The translations under genes and the position numbers were made by a program. DNA of 63,607 bases, the filler included, from Octopus bimaculoides (lineage: Eukaryota), in the NCBI RefSeq assembly GCF_001194135.2. It is 4 parts of 3 records of this genome, joined end to end, with 100 filler letters (N's around TTAATTAATTAA, not from the genome) between each part and the next. Parts side by side here need not be neighbours in the genome. Positions count along the whole stretch, not along the records: positions 22,723 to 39,728 come from NC_068981.1; 3 more parts are not named here. The stretch is one strand, 5' to 3'. The first letter of the stretch is position 1. Each line of letters starts with the position of its first letter. The notes under the pieces were generated by a model. That model searched no databases. It saw only the letters and a program-made list of their open reading frames with translations, and was not told where the DNA came from. Below are positions 24,397 to 38,913 of the stretch, piece by piece.

Positions 24397-25382
24397 TTTT
24401 CATAATATTATATAGAAATTAAAAATATATTTCCTACTCCACCTTCAATTCTTAATGTACTATATAGATTCTATTATATTGATTTTATATAACAAAAATG
24501 GGCAGTGATTATTTTGGATTAGAGTATATTTAGATTAATATTGTCTATATGTGTGTATATGACTCGGGTAATGGAATATTGAACAAGGCACTTAAATAAA
24601 TACTTTGCTACCTGATAAATGTCTGTATGGGATCATGGACAACGTTCTTATCGTTAACGCTTAGGTTAAGCATGTAAATAATTCTGAAAATACACGGATT
24701 TCTTGCACTGCATCTATTCAGGAGAATGTGAAAATCCTTCATGGAAAACGGAATGTTTTCTTGTAATACGAGAAACCAATATCAACTGAGTACAAGAGAA
24801 GCTGCTGACTGATTTGGATGAAGTAGCTCCAAACTCTTATCCAGAGACATGCTCTGTGTTTCCTTGGATTTTGTTATACCGTCTACGTTATTTCACTTTC
24901 ACAGCTATTATCTCACCTCCCAAATTATTAATCACATCCCCTTTCTTCCCTCGTCATACATCAAGCACAAGAACCAATTCTTATACAGAATTCTTTACTC
25001 ATATTCCTCTACACTAATCTCTCATTTACAACCTCAGTTCAAATATATTTCATAACTGTTTCTATTTTCGATGCGGTTATCAACCTGAAATTATTTGAGA
25101 AAAAAGTAATAATCTTGTCGATATCACAGTCCTTGAGTGTCAGATCAACTTACAATCAGAGCACGTCAAACAAATTATCAAACTGTTCTTGCTAGTAGTA
25201 TCAACTGATTCGACATGCTGTTAGTATATGTAGTATTAGCTATCAGCTATATATCTTCGAGCTTATCACCTGCCAAATTGATTGTCCAGCTGACAAGTGT
25301 TATGCTCACAGTTTCCAGTGTCATAGAAACAGCCCAGGAATTTTCAGCTTCCAAAAGAAAGTTCATGTATAGTATACAATTT

Positions 25383-25577
25383 ATTGATTTCAATTTTTGG
25401 AACAAGTCCAGCGGTTTCAGTGTGGGGTGTAAGTCAATTACATCGACCCCCATGCTCAACTGGAACTTGTTTTATCGACCCTGAGATAACTGGCAAAGTC
25501 GATCTTGGTGGAATTTGAGTTTAGGACCGCTAAGCATGTTGTTTGGCGTGCTAACAATTTTGCCAGCTTCCCGGCCT
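25383..25577 (-). mobile_element. SINE family B, decayed
   Basis: catcgaccccatgctcaactgg...ggcaaagtcgatcttggtggaatttgagtt. Confidence 0.75.
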
Positions 25578-26138
25578 ACTTTACGCTCTATAATTTACTG
25601 AGAATCGTGTTATTAAATTTATATATCCACATCTACTGTATATATCTTTATTGTCATCTTTTACTTGTTTCAGTCATAGCACTGTAGACATACTAGTTGA
25701 TAAACTTGGATACATTTGTCCGAGATATCACGCGGTAGGAATGTACTCGAAAACACATGGTTGCTGCGTTCTTAGTCACACAGCCATACCTGTACAATCT
25801 ATGTATCTATCTGTGTGTGGGGGAGGTGTATGTATGTGTACGTGAATGTACACTGAGTAAGAGAAAGATAGTGATTTAACCGACAAAATACTATTTATTA
25901 CTGGTTATTTTGATTGAGATCATTGTCCACACTATAAAAGTGTAAGCATGATATACAGGAATGATATATTTATATTTATGCACCTTCCATAATCTATTTT
26001 GAGTTCAGCCCATGAGATTCTAAAATAGCACATACTGTAAGTTTGATGGCATGTTGTAATAAAATACTGTTTAGAGAATTTCTGGTGCACCAATGCCTGA
26101 TATTTGGAGGTTTGGTAGCCATTCTTGCGCGCACGCAC

Positions 26139-26254
<116 letters not shown>

Positions 26255-26501
26255 CCTTATAAAATTTGTAAAAAATTCCAAAACAAATCTACCAATATAA
26301 AAACCATATTTTGGTGGTCTATTTAAAACACTGAGCCGGCAGAAAGGAAATAACATGTCTCTCTCCATACAAGACGGATTTGAAAGAACTGGGGAAATTC
26401 GTTGTCAAGAAAATTTTATATTCAATATACAGAGTCGTTCCATACATTTATGATGGAAGAGGTACGGGTAGTAAATAACGCACAAATAACATCTGTGACT
26501 T

Positions 26502-26569
<68 letters not shown>

Positions 26570-26806
26570 TTACTATAGTGTTACTAAGAACAGGCTGTGT
26601 ACTGTCGAAAGCAAAATAACATGTCTTCAACTGATCGATATATTAATTCAATTGAAATATTTTTGAAACTGTAAAATTGCATATTATATTGAATTAAACT
26701 TCTTTCTTTAGACGAGATTAAGACAAAGAAAATCATTTCGCTCAGTTAAGGAGAAATAAAGTGACTCACTATAATACAATCGAAATTAATCCTATAATAG
26801 CTATAT

Positions 26807-26919
<113 letters not shown>

Positions 26920-27448
26920 CAGATAGACAGATAGATAGATAGATAGATCGATAGAAATAAGTGTGTGTGTGTGTGTATACATGGACGCATACGTGTGCGT
27001 GTGCATGGCGATGGAAACAGGAAGATATAAAAATATATTATCGGTGATAAACGATATGCCTTCGAATATAAGTATAAGTGCTTATGTACTCGCAAGACAC
27101 TCAGACTTCTCATGAACTCCCACCCTTGATGCAGCATAACTTCATGGATGTGACAAGTGAAGGGAGCGATGGATGCTGGAACTCATTGCAGCTGAATAAA
27201 CAGGAGAGATGAGCAATTAAGTAAATTGTTAAAGCATTCAATGTACCTCATGGTTCATGAATCGAACTCGTAACCTTTATCATCAGCGAAATATTCTAAC
27301 CACCAGGCCATGCAGTTTACAGAGAATATACAAGATTGTGGCCGAAAGAAAAAGAAAAAGCTTGGCAAAATCCACGATATTAGATGAGTTTATGGATAAA
27401 TGTCAGTTCAACTGTGTATTGAGGTGTATAGCATTTTAATGCTCACAT

Positions 27449-27770
27449 GTGAAGACGCATGGCTTAGTGGTTAGGGCATTCGTCTCGCGATTGTAAGGTC
27501 GTGAGTTCAATTCCCGGCGACGTGTTGTGTCCTTGAGCAAGACACTTTATTTCACGTTGCTCCAGTCCACTCAGCTGGCAAAAATGAGTTGTACCTGTAT
27601 TTCAATGGGCCGGCCTTGTTACACTCTGTGTCACGTTGAATCTCCCTGAGAACTACGTTAGGGGTATACGTGTCTGTGGTTTGCTCAGTCGCTTGCACGT
27701 TAATTTCACGAGTAAGCTGTTCCATTGATCGTATCAGCTGGGACCCTCGTCGTCGTAACCGACGGAGTGC
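27449..27770 (+). mobile_element. SINE family C, short form
   Basis: gcatggcttagtggttagggcattcg...gagttcaattcccggcg, CORE-like gtgtccttgagcaagacacttta, tail cctcgtcgtcgtaaccgacggagtgc. Confidence 0.9.
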
Positions 27771-28163
27771 TCCTATTTATATTTCGTGGCTTACTTGCTG
27801 GTGCTTACTATGGGAATGCATAGAGTGGCTGTTCTCAATACTTATCGGAAAGGATGAGAGAGATTTTCGCGTGACTGTAATATACAAAAACTGGAGGAAT
27901 ATTATTATTATTATTAGGTACATCTCAAAGAGACATGAATTCACACACAAACAGAAATACGTACACAGAAATACATACACACACTGTTGCTCTGCAAGTG
28001 CCTGTGCGTAGATACATATATATACCCATACATCCATACATAAATATATACATACACGCGTATATACATACACACATATACATACATCAGCTAAAATACG
28101 TGCCTAAAGAAATCGCACGACTCTACTGCAACGTATCGTCAGATGAAAGGAAGAGCCTATATT

Positions 28164-29110
28164 AATAGATGACTATGCATGGATATGTTAGTAGAAAGTT
28201 CTGAGATGATAGTACCATTGATCCTCAAAGAAGTCTATCATGGACCAATAGCTGGATTACTACCTCCTACTTCGAAAGGTTTGCGTTTGCAATTCAGAAA
28301 GAAGAAATATCAGTCAAATATCTGATGCACAAAAGAGATAGAGATGCAGGCAAGCAAAGCAATGAAATGTGACAAACGATGCAAACTTTGTGGAGTTAAT
28401 ACCGAAGATATCACCCACATCATAAGCAGTTGTCTGCAAATGTCATCACGGTACTATCTACCGATGAGGCATGATGTTGTAGCTAGGACACTCTAAAATG
28501 AAATCTGTCGGAACGATAAACCCGAGGACAAAGAAACAAGAACCCAAAGTATGGCAGAAAACATAGCCACTCATAATAAAAAAAGAAGTACTGGTGGAAT
28601 GTCCCAGTGAAGACATCAATAAGATGTAAGCACAACAGATCTGATATAAGGATTTGGGATAGAGAAACTGCGTACTGTTGTGGAAATTAGCTGCCCAGCT
28701 AATAAAACTGAAATCAATGAAAAAATAGAATACCTACTATTGAGAAAGCTGCAGTTACTCTATCTAGAGTAGAAGTTCATGTTTATACCTGTAATTATTG
28801 GGTCCATGGAAGATATAGCACACTGCCTAAATACCAATTTTGAGAAATTAGACTTCTCAAAACCAGAAAGCAGAAAGCAAATTCGAAGACTCTGTAAAAC
28901 TTTCCGGAAGTTTATCATTTAAATATAGATGAGCATGTCTAGATATGAAACTATATGCATTAGATTACATGCATAAAACAAAACATACAATCTGCACATA
29001 GAAACAAAAATACCCTGTCGTTGATGTTGAAAATTCCAATGAAGGAGCTCTGGATCTAGAGTAGAAACTAGCTCTTTCTCTATTGGCAAGCAATCTTGAA
29101 ATAAAACCGA
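28164..29110 (+). mobile_element. REL-endonuclease non-LTR retrotransposon (R4-like) 3' fragment with 3' UTR, pseudogenised
   Basis: DKRCKLCGVNTEDITHIISSCLQMSSRYYLPMRHDVVA (from 28371), then KKYWWNVPVKTSIRCKHNRSDIRIWDRE, VEISCP, PVIIGS; stops and frameshifts present. Confidence 0.85.
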
Positions 29111-30124
29111 ATAATGTCATACACACTCATATACATATATCCACATGCAGATATTTATGTATGTACTACATGCATGCATATCTACATACATGGCTACATA
29201 CACGCGTACATACATGCATACATGCATACATACATGCATACATACATACATACATACATACATACATACATACATACATACTTGCATGCAAATACTATCA
29301 GGATGTAGTGGTTTCGGACAAGCAACATGTTTGTACCATCAGATATGTTAGCTATCTTTTTATCACGTGAATATTTCTTCGAAAATCAAAGAGGAGACGG
29401 ATAATTAGAAACAAGTGTTTCAAAACCTTCAGTTTTTATATCCAGATTTAAATTCAAACTTTATTGGTGCACTTCGTTTTCTTAAAAATACCCAGTGAGG
29501 AAAAGTGGAAAAGAACTCAACTTCCGAACCGTTGAAATTTGCAAGATTTTCTAAAATTAAACACATGATGTCGGTTTTGTTATCTGCAATCCCACGATGG
29601 AGCTCTGTACATCTGTACCTCTGTTAGAAACCAGCTCTTTTCTTACAAGAAGACTTCAGATGAGTACAAAGTGGAGACACATAAATGCATACATACATAC
29701 ATTACACACACATATATACCGCACACACACACACTACATTCATATATATACCTAACACATATACACACCATATACATGCATACATACATATACATTTACA
29801 TATAAACATATACCCACACACTCATGTATACATATATATGCACCACACATACATATATAAATACATACATGCGCTAACACGGGGAAAGTACACGTGAGGC
29901 CCATCGTCCATCGTTATAGATAAGGTCACGAGCTGTGATGAAAGAACGTTCACAAACAAATTAATCAATTATTTAATTACTTTCTTGATTAATTAATTAA
30001 TTATGTAATTAAATGATAATAAGCTTAAATTAAATTCAATGGGCTGCAGCAGAAACTTTCCCTGTCTAAATTTGCTTGTGTTTTTGTGTGCGCGTATGTG
30101 TGTATGTGATTGTGCGTGTATATT

Positions 30125-30155
<31 letters not shown>

Positions 30156-30320
30156 NNNNNNNNNNNNNNNNNNNNNNNNNNNNNNNNNNNNNNNNNNNNN
30201 NNNNNNNNNNNNNNNNNNNNNNNNNNNNNNNNNNNNNNNNNNNNNNNNNNNNNNNNNNNNNNNNNNNNNNATATATGACATATTTATATGTACACATATA
30301 CACATATATGTATATATGCT

Positions 30321-30370
<50 letters not shown>

Positions 30371-31123
30371 CATATACATGCACACAGAGTAGATGCGTAA
30401 ATATGAACACGCACACTCTTACTCACACACACATACACACGCACAAACACATATGCATACACATATATTTATAGATACAAAAAGTTGGAGGTGTAGAAAG
30501 TAAGATGGAATGCCATGTGTATGGGCAAAAATTTTGTTATGTTGGTGAATGACTTGAAAAATGTATCTTTCGATCGTTTTCCCTCTGGGATGTCTGTGTT
30601 TTTAAATCAAGTTTCGAGTATTTCACTTTGTCTCACCCACAATTTGAATGCATTAGAAACTGTTGAGCATTGAAAACTGTAGGGACCTTCGTGGAAGGGC
30701 TTTCTTCGGAATTGATTCACATTGGCTAAGCATTTGTAGCATATTTTGACTTACTGAGTGTATGTTCTTAGTGTTTAGGACTAGTGCATGTTATGTGCAT
30801 GGGTATATGGGGCGTAGTATATTTTCTTAATTTGTGCAGTGATTACGATTTCTGTTCAAAGTGACAAGGTGTACATTATCTCATTGAAGGATGTTTTCCA
30901 GACCTCTGTTCTTGGAAAAAGTACAGGTTTGTTTGCGAAGTATCTAAATTGTATGCGAATGAAACTCAGAATGAAATCAGAGAAGATATTGAGGGAGAAA
31001 TAAAAAGAGATATGGCAAGCATAAGTGACACCAAGTGGGTCGTTGTTGTATGACAGTTCGGGTATAGGTGACAAAACCCTACTTAGCTGCACAGAAGTGT
31101 TTCGGCACCAACATTGTGAACCA

Positions 31124-31333
31124 TAGTAATCCCGTGCCATGTCGTGGTTCACCTATCGCGCACTCAGTACATCGCGGTTCATCTATCGTGCACGGAGTGC
31201 TTCACGGATTTTTCTGGCTAATATATGTAGATCGCGGATTTCTGCGGCCGATAGGTATTTATATTTTTTAGATTTTAATTATTTTTGTAAGAGGTTTTGG
31301 AACGTAACACTCGCGATAGTGGAGGGATTACTG
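31124..31333. mobile_element. Tigger/pogo-type MITE
   Basis: Left TAGTAATCCC (decayed CAGTAATCCC), right GGGATTACTG followed by TA; internal atcgcg-type subrepeats. Confidence 0.7.
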
Positions 31334-31599
31334 TAATGGCATTACTAACACAAGACTATAATATATCAATATATTATGGTTGCATAACGAAATACGGTGT
31401 CTCTGCCAGCAACTAATATTGTTGTGGTTTACTGCAAATTTTACTAAACGACCGCCGATAGCTATTAAGGGAGTTGCTTATAAAAACTTATAAAAACTGC
31501 TTATAAAAACTGCATCCATCACTTTTGCAATGTTTGAAGTGAGTGTGATAGGAATCCGTGTGGTGTGCGGATTTGAGTTTCTTGAATTATTACTATTAA

Positions 31600-32290
31600 G
31601 AATTTCATAGGTGGGATGCAAGTCGTGCCATGACAATGTCCTTGCGGCATACACTCACACCCAGAACAAGACATTCTACCAGCACTAGAAACCAATATCA
31701 ATCAAGTTCGTGATGCAAGAAGAAAAGCCATTGATTACAACAAAAGGCAAAAAGCTTACTACAAAATGCTCTTCATGAAATATGAGAGATCAGGGTGAAT
31801 AGCAGCAGTTTCTCCAGATCGTTCAGACAAATCAAAAACTACACGTACAGAGAAAGAAGATAGTATTGATCGAACTTCCAACAACGTGGGAAGAATGGTG
31901 CTTCAAAATTTCAGTTGGAGCACATAAGGTATTAGAACCTCTTTCGGGATTGCAGGTAGAAGGGATGGCAGGCATATCTATATCTTGGTGGTGTGCAGAC
32001 GATTCCCTGCTCTGTCAGTATGGTGGTAGTATACAGCCTTTGGAAATAAAGAGCGAAACAAAGGCAGTTGCCTGCAAGATATAAGAAGCAGCAGATATAG
32101 CCGGTCGTTGTTAATGCAGCTAATCCGGCAGTCATGTGCACCTGGAAATCAGAAGCAGTGATTTCGCCGACAATGGCGACCAATAATCGACAAAAAATTA
32201 AGATTCAGAGTCGAAACGCCAAATGATGGTAGGAATTTGTCTGATAACTTCATTTCCGTCAGGTGAAATGAGGCTTCAAATAATGATTAC
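31600..32290 (+). mobile_element. Heavily decayed coding-like remnant, possibly the Gypsy pol region downstream of integrase
   Basis: ILPALETNINQVRDARRKAIDYNKRQKAYYK loosely resembles the R..A...Q.R.K.YY segment after Gypsy integrase. Weak evidence. Confidence 0.25.
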
Positions 32291-33747
32291 ATCTAAATGA
32301 AACTGCTACTTTCTTCAGAAACCATAGATGAATCAAGTGTAAACATATTCACTTAAATGTAATCGAGTACTTAATTCTATTTACATTTGGAATTACATTT
32401 ACAAGTCCAATAGTAGTGTAAAACATCAGGAATTATTCACGTTGAAATATATATTATTAAAAAGGATATATAGTTAGATGTATCAATCAAGTGAATGAAA
32501 TATTATGAAACCGCTTAGAATTGTTTATATGAAATATATTCGCACATCATGATATTTTAAAGAAATCTGAAACATGTCTAATGCCGCCGAAGTTAGAATT
32601 TTACATGTGCTTCAATTTTTAATATCTGTAGAACTAAATATAATGATTAAATAATTGCGATGCATTGAACATATTTATAACCGATATGCAGATTTTTCCC
32701 CCCTTTTTTTTTTCAGTTCTGTACAATATGGGAAGATTTATTTACAGATTACAGACAGGATTAAACTGACCGACAATGCAAATCTCCTTAATTAGGAATT
32801 GAAAATCACTGAATCACCACGTATGTAAGTATTATGTGATAGCAGTCATGTTACTTGTTGCAGAAGTATTATGATATGTTAATTGGAATGTAAACCAAGT
32901 GTATACTATGATAAAATCCGGAATACTGTCGCATTAAAGAGCAGTATACAACAGCAAGCGTGAGAAGATGAGACTTCGTCATTAGAATCTGTCTTGTCAG
33001 TAATACATTGACATTAATGGCTTTATTAGGGGATCATAACATTACCAGAAAGCTAATTAACACACACAAGTGCAGAGTATCAGATGAATGGGCCGAATAA
33101 AGGATTTGAAGGGAAAGATTCTAAACAGACAAGAATTTGGTATATATTTGCGTCGGAAAGTTAAAATAGATTTTTAAAATATAGACCCATGAAAAAAAAA
33201 AAAAAGGCAAAATTGGCTTAGTCAATATTGATTGAAAAGAAACAACAAACAATCCAATACGAGCTTTGTCAAAATATTATGATGTGGATTTTAGCTACAC
33301 TAAGGCATCGTGTGCGTGTGTGAGTGTATATGTTTATGTATGTGCGTGCGCGCGTGTGTGCGCGTGCGTATATATAAAGTAAATGATAGACGGGAAAATG
33401 GAATACACGGGTAACTTTATTCCTCGCAACAATCGTTTCTACACCTCCTGCATCGATCCTACGTGGTGCGAAACTATCCAACTAGTTGTTTCATCAGAAA
33501 TGTTTTATCAGGTGGTGTAATAAGAGCTGTCTTATTAAATGAACTTTGTTTCGCTTGGATTTAATACAACATATTGTGACGGGTGTTTACGCCGTTGAGC
33601 AGGTACCTACTTGACCGCTGTCACGTATACATCTTAGTCTGCCCTTAAACACTGCTTTGTAAGTGATGAACAACACCACCACATACGCTCAACAACACAG
33701 CATATCGCTACTCTAGCCAAGACGCTTTGCACAGAATGTCTGTTACA

Positions 33748-34157
33748 TACTCTTTTACTCTTTTACTTGTTTCAGTCAGTTGACTGTGGCCATGCTGGAG
33801 GACCACCTTTAGTCGTTCAAATCGACCCCAAGACTTATTCTTTGTAAGCCTAGTACTTATTCTATCGGTCTGTTTTGCCGAACCGCTAAGTTACGGGCAC
33901 GTAACTGCACCAACATCGGTTTCAAGCGACGTTGCGGGAGACAAACACAAACACACACATATACACAGACATACATATTTATATATATACATATATACGA
34001 CGGGCTTCTTTCAGTTTCCGTCTACCAAATCCACTCACAAGGCTTTGGTCAGCCGAAGCTATAGTAGAAGACCCTTCCCAAGGTGCTACGCAGTGAGACT
34101 GAACCCGGGACCATGTGGTTCACAAGCAAGCTACTTACCACACGGCGACTCCTACGC
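33748..34157 (-). mobile_element. SINE family A, full length, well preserved
   Basis: Head, internal (CA)/(TA) tract, tail with (CTTTTA)2 end. Confidence 0.92.
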
Positions 34158-34596
34158 CCATGATAAAGTGTTTATTCTATCAACACTTATAGACTCGCAA
34201 TAACAGTGATACAACTAATGATGATCTACACACGGACTTATAAGTACGGATTGATCTTGCAACCAGTACGCATGAACGGACCAGTTGATCAGCGCATACG
34301 CTAAGTGCATGACATTATTACTGCATTAATATTGCTTCATCTGCTGTTTCACTGTTTCATTGTTTCATTAAATTGCCTAGTTTTTTTTACTAGATACGCC
34401 CCATGGAATAACCCCATCGGAACGGGTAGCTATGTTCGACTAAACTTGGTTATAGGCACGGATGAGTTCGTACACGTTTAATTCGTACATGTATGTGAAG
34501 CTAAACACACATACGTATATGTATGTGGGTATATCGATATATNNNNNNNNNNNNNNNNNNNNNNNNNNNNNNNNNNNNNNNNNNNNNNNNNNNNNN

Positions 34597-34631
<35 letters not shown>

Positions 34632-37600
34632 ATGTATGTGTGTGTGTGTGTGTTTTTGTGTGCACGTATATATGGGCATGTGTGCATACCTCTGTGAATA
34701 GATGTATTTAGGGGATTATACGCAGCGGCATAAGCACAATGGTGAATGTATACATATATGGTGGAAGTAGGGGGACTTGCGCGTACGTGTGCATGCATAT
34801 ATGTATACATAAAAGTATGTTTTGTATATGTATATATGTGAACACATATAAAATATATATGTGCGAGCGGTTGAATTTGTATGTGTATATATGTGTGTAT
34901 ATATGTATGTGTTTCTATATGTACGTGCTTGCATATGTGTGTGTATCTGTACATGTACGTGTGTATCCATATACATATGTGCACACACAGACATGTGTGT
35001 GTGTGTGTGTGTGCGCGAGAATGTGAGTGTGCGCATAGGCGTGTATATATGTATATAGGCAGATGTCATAATGTGTGTAGTAAATAGCCAATAAGAGATT
35101 TACGATCAACTGAGCCCTCTGATCCAGTCACCCAGAATCTACGGTGCCTTGCCTCACAACAGGATACAAAAATGGCTGGACAGTTTAAGGACATCTACTT
35201 AACTGCGCATAGCAGCGCGCGCGTGTATGTGTGTAAAGGACCGCAAGGGTGGCTATTGAAGTAATTACTTCTGGTGCTGACACACCTATTGTTTCACTTT
35301 ATTCTATGCTTTATTCTCCTTATTTTTCTTATTTTACTTATTTTTCTTAATTACTCTGTGTTTATATCTACAACTTTTCAACGGAGCCCGTCCCACGCCA
35401 TTTCTGCCCAACGTCTTAAACTTACGTTTACTTACAACATGCTGCATTAAAACCGAACGAAACAGAGTTCATTTAACGAGATACCTCTTATTATAGCATC
35501 TGACGATACACTTCTGCATCGTGGGATGCACCACAGCTAGTTGTATAGTTTGCCACCCGCGGAGGAACAATGCAGGATATGTCGTAACGATTGTTGTGAG
35601 CAATACAGTTTACCTTCTATTTCATTTTCCGTCTCTATCAACGTATATTTAAAAAAATTCTGAGGTAGATCCAGCGACAAACGTGCAGTTACTGTGGTTG
35701 ACATCAGGTAGCTATATGCAGAGAACAATCTTTATCGGCGTAGTGCTAGGAACATAACACTTAAATGTATATATGTATACACTCACACACAAACAAAAAC
35801 ACGCGCGCGCACGCACACACACACACACACACACTTATCACGACTTCTAGTAACACAGTTGCAAACTAGCGGAAACGATTTCAATTTTTGACAGAAATAT
35901 CTAGACACATTCTCCCTTTGAAGAGACACTAACATATTCTAACTCCACTTCGTCAAGAGGGTGTGACTACGGAGGTCTGATGATGGGATCAGCAACCTTG
36001 ATTCAAAAGGAAGAGTATATGAAAACTGCAAAAATTCATATGAAATTATGTGAAACAAAAACAAACAAAAAACCTTAGTAACAATTAAGATAATATTTCT
36101 CATACGAACGAGAAAAAAATACAATTGAAAAACATATGTCCCCTATATCAAAAACACACATAGATATAAATAATAATTATTCGGGAAATCAGTACTCTAA
36201 TTTTTTTTCAAAAGATGTTTTTCTACATATAAATTAATGTGTAAATTAATGTGTTTATATATATTTAAAACTAATTTAATGGAATTGTAAAAAAATTCTG
36301 TTCTACGAAATTCATACATTCATTATATACTTCGACGGGTATGAATGAACGCAAAATTATATATGAACACAAACAAAAACAAACAATTATACATGGATGT
36401 TTCTATGTATTTTAATATAAGTTTGACCTTATAAAAATAACACTTTTGCAATATATATCGTATTTTATCATAGGTCAGAAAGCAGTAGATGCGCATTTAT
36501 GGAAAGGTCAAAACTAGGGGGGGGGGGAAATCAACAAGATAATATAGCGCCCCCACCAAATGAAAATCATATTAAGACATAAAAATAACAAAAAATATTG
36601 CTTCAAGGAAACAACTATGTGGGATGGAACTCATCAAAAGGAAATTCCATGTGGATAAGTATCAAAATATCAGTTCGAATTTCGAAGATATGTAATATAA
36701 AAATTACAATCAGGAACGAGAATTCTCTGGTTGACAAGTGAGTATGGAACATCTCAAAAACTAACAGAACGTAAGGAAAGTAACGTTTGCCAGATTTATC
36801 AAACAACATCATTTTATTATTAACTGTGTTCAAAGTAAAGAAAACTACAGATGGCTTAGGACAAAATAATGTTTGATTTAAACTTAATATATTAAATCTA
36901 CATCAACAAATCCACTCCTTTCCGAGAAATATATTAGACTTACTGTATGTACATATAAACAGCATTGAGAGTTACCATGTACAAAGGTATAAAGATATAT
37001 ATTACTGTTACTGTTGTTGTTCCTGTTGTTTGGAGAAAAAATAAAGGATCTGAAGGGAAAGATTTTAAACAAACAAGAATTTGGTGTAATATTTGTATCG
37101 GAAAGTTAAAATAGATTTAAAAAAATATAAAACCATGTAAAGTGAGGCAAAGTTGGCTAAGTCTATATTGATAGAAAATATTTAAAAGAATAACAATCAT
37201 AACAATCCAATAAGAGTTTTGTCAAAACATCATGTAGCAAATATTGCATATAGATGCCAAAGAAAGTTCTAAATAACATATGGGTCCTTATCTAAATTAA
37301 ATCGTAACTTTCCACTTGCATCTGCTTATCCGCCCACCTATCAGTCTATCTCTCATATCTATACACAGGCATACGTATATGCAAATAAGCGTATAAGCAT
37401 ACATACGGATTTACTGCACTATATAGGAAAGCGGTTATTACATTTATAAAACACGACTAAATCAATATAATATATGAATGCAATAAATTAGCTTAAAACA
37501 ATAGATATACCAATCATGATTACAAATCAAAATAACGTGGATGCTAATGTTATATGTATGAATATCTATTGATATTTCCTGTATTTATTTTATATGATTA

Positions 37601-38381
37601 TATCTGACTACATCACTTTTAACCTGTCGTTTCCATTTATATAATATCTTGCCTTAACTATAGTATAGTATAGCCTTACTCTTAGGATAGTGGTATCGCT
37701 TGATGGATTGTGAATCAATGTATGTATGAGAATATCCACTGCATATGTATATATACTGGTATTTGTACGCAAAACTTTATTGATATATAAATGTATTTTT
37801 CGCTTATATGTAGTCGATATTTCTCTACTAAGAATGAAATCTTAAGATATAAGATTATCCAAAATTTTGTAAATCTTCTTGCTCATTACTTCGCATTCGG
37901 CCTTGGGTTATAAATAGAGAACATATCTAGAGTGGATTGTAGGTATCTGACATCTACTTCTAGCGTATAGGCGCTGGAGTACCACCGCCCTTCATTATAA
38001 TTATATTTTTATAACTATATACTTTAAAATTGGTTTTACCGATATGGTCGTTTTTTATACGCTAGCCACTGAAATAATCATTTTAATGGTTATGTCATCA
38101 ATTTTTAAGGATATATATATATATATATANNNNNNNNNNNNNNNNNNNNNNNNNNNNNNNNNNNNNNNNNNNNNNNNNNNNNNNNNNNNNNNNNNNNNNN
38201 NNNNNNNNNNNNNNNNNNNNNNNNNNNNNNNNNNNNNNNNNNNNNNNNNNNNNNNNNNNNNNNNNNNNNNNNNNNNNNNNNNNNNNNNNNNNNNNNNNNN
38301 NNNNNNNNNNNNNNTAATAGTTATCGCCAAGTCAACATGGCAGTCCAAAAAATAGGACGAATGCTGACGTTGATTAGCATC

Positions 38382-38913
38382 CTTTGCCGAACCGCTAAGC
38401 TAAGGGGTTGTAAGCACAACAACATCGGTTGTTAAGCAGTAATGGGGAGACAAATACAGACACAAACACACACACACATATATACATATATAATATATAC
38501 AACGGTTTTGTTTCAGTTTCTGTCTACCAAATCCACCCACATTGCTTCGTTCCGCGCGAGGCTAGAGTAGAAGACATTTGCCTAAGGTATCTGGCAGTGA
38601 ACCTGAACCTGGGACCATGTGGTAGGGCAGCAAGCTTCTTATTTCTTTATTGCCCACAAGGGGTTAAACATAGAGGGGACGAACAAGGACAGACAAAGGG
38701 ATTAAGTCGATTACATGGACCCCAGTGCGTAACTGGTGCTTAACTTATAGACCCCGAAAGGATGAAAGGTAAAGTCGACCTCGTCGGAATTTGAACTCAG
38801 AACGTAACTGCAGACGAAATACCGCTAAGCATTTCGCCCGGCGTGCTAACGTTACTGCCAGATCACCGCCTTCGGGGTAGCAAGCTTCTTACCACACAGC
38901 CACGTCTGCGCCT
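38382..38913 (-). mobile_element. SINE family A interrupted by a family B insertion
   Basis: Head duplicated around the insert. Confidence 0.88.
38642..38874 (-). mobile_element. SINE family B nested in A, 17-bp TSD with one mismatch
   Basis: gggcagcaagcttctta 38625-38641 versus gggtagcaagcttctta 38875-38891. Confidence 0.9.

Noticed and set aside
29035-29085. ccaatgaagg...gaaac in the REL element 3' UTR as a hammerhead
   Set aside because: Core is non-canonical and helices I and III are not formed.
34218-34290. ATGATGA C box suggesting a C/D snoRNA
   Set aside because: No CTGA D box or terminal stem at a suitable distance.
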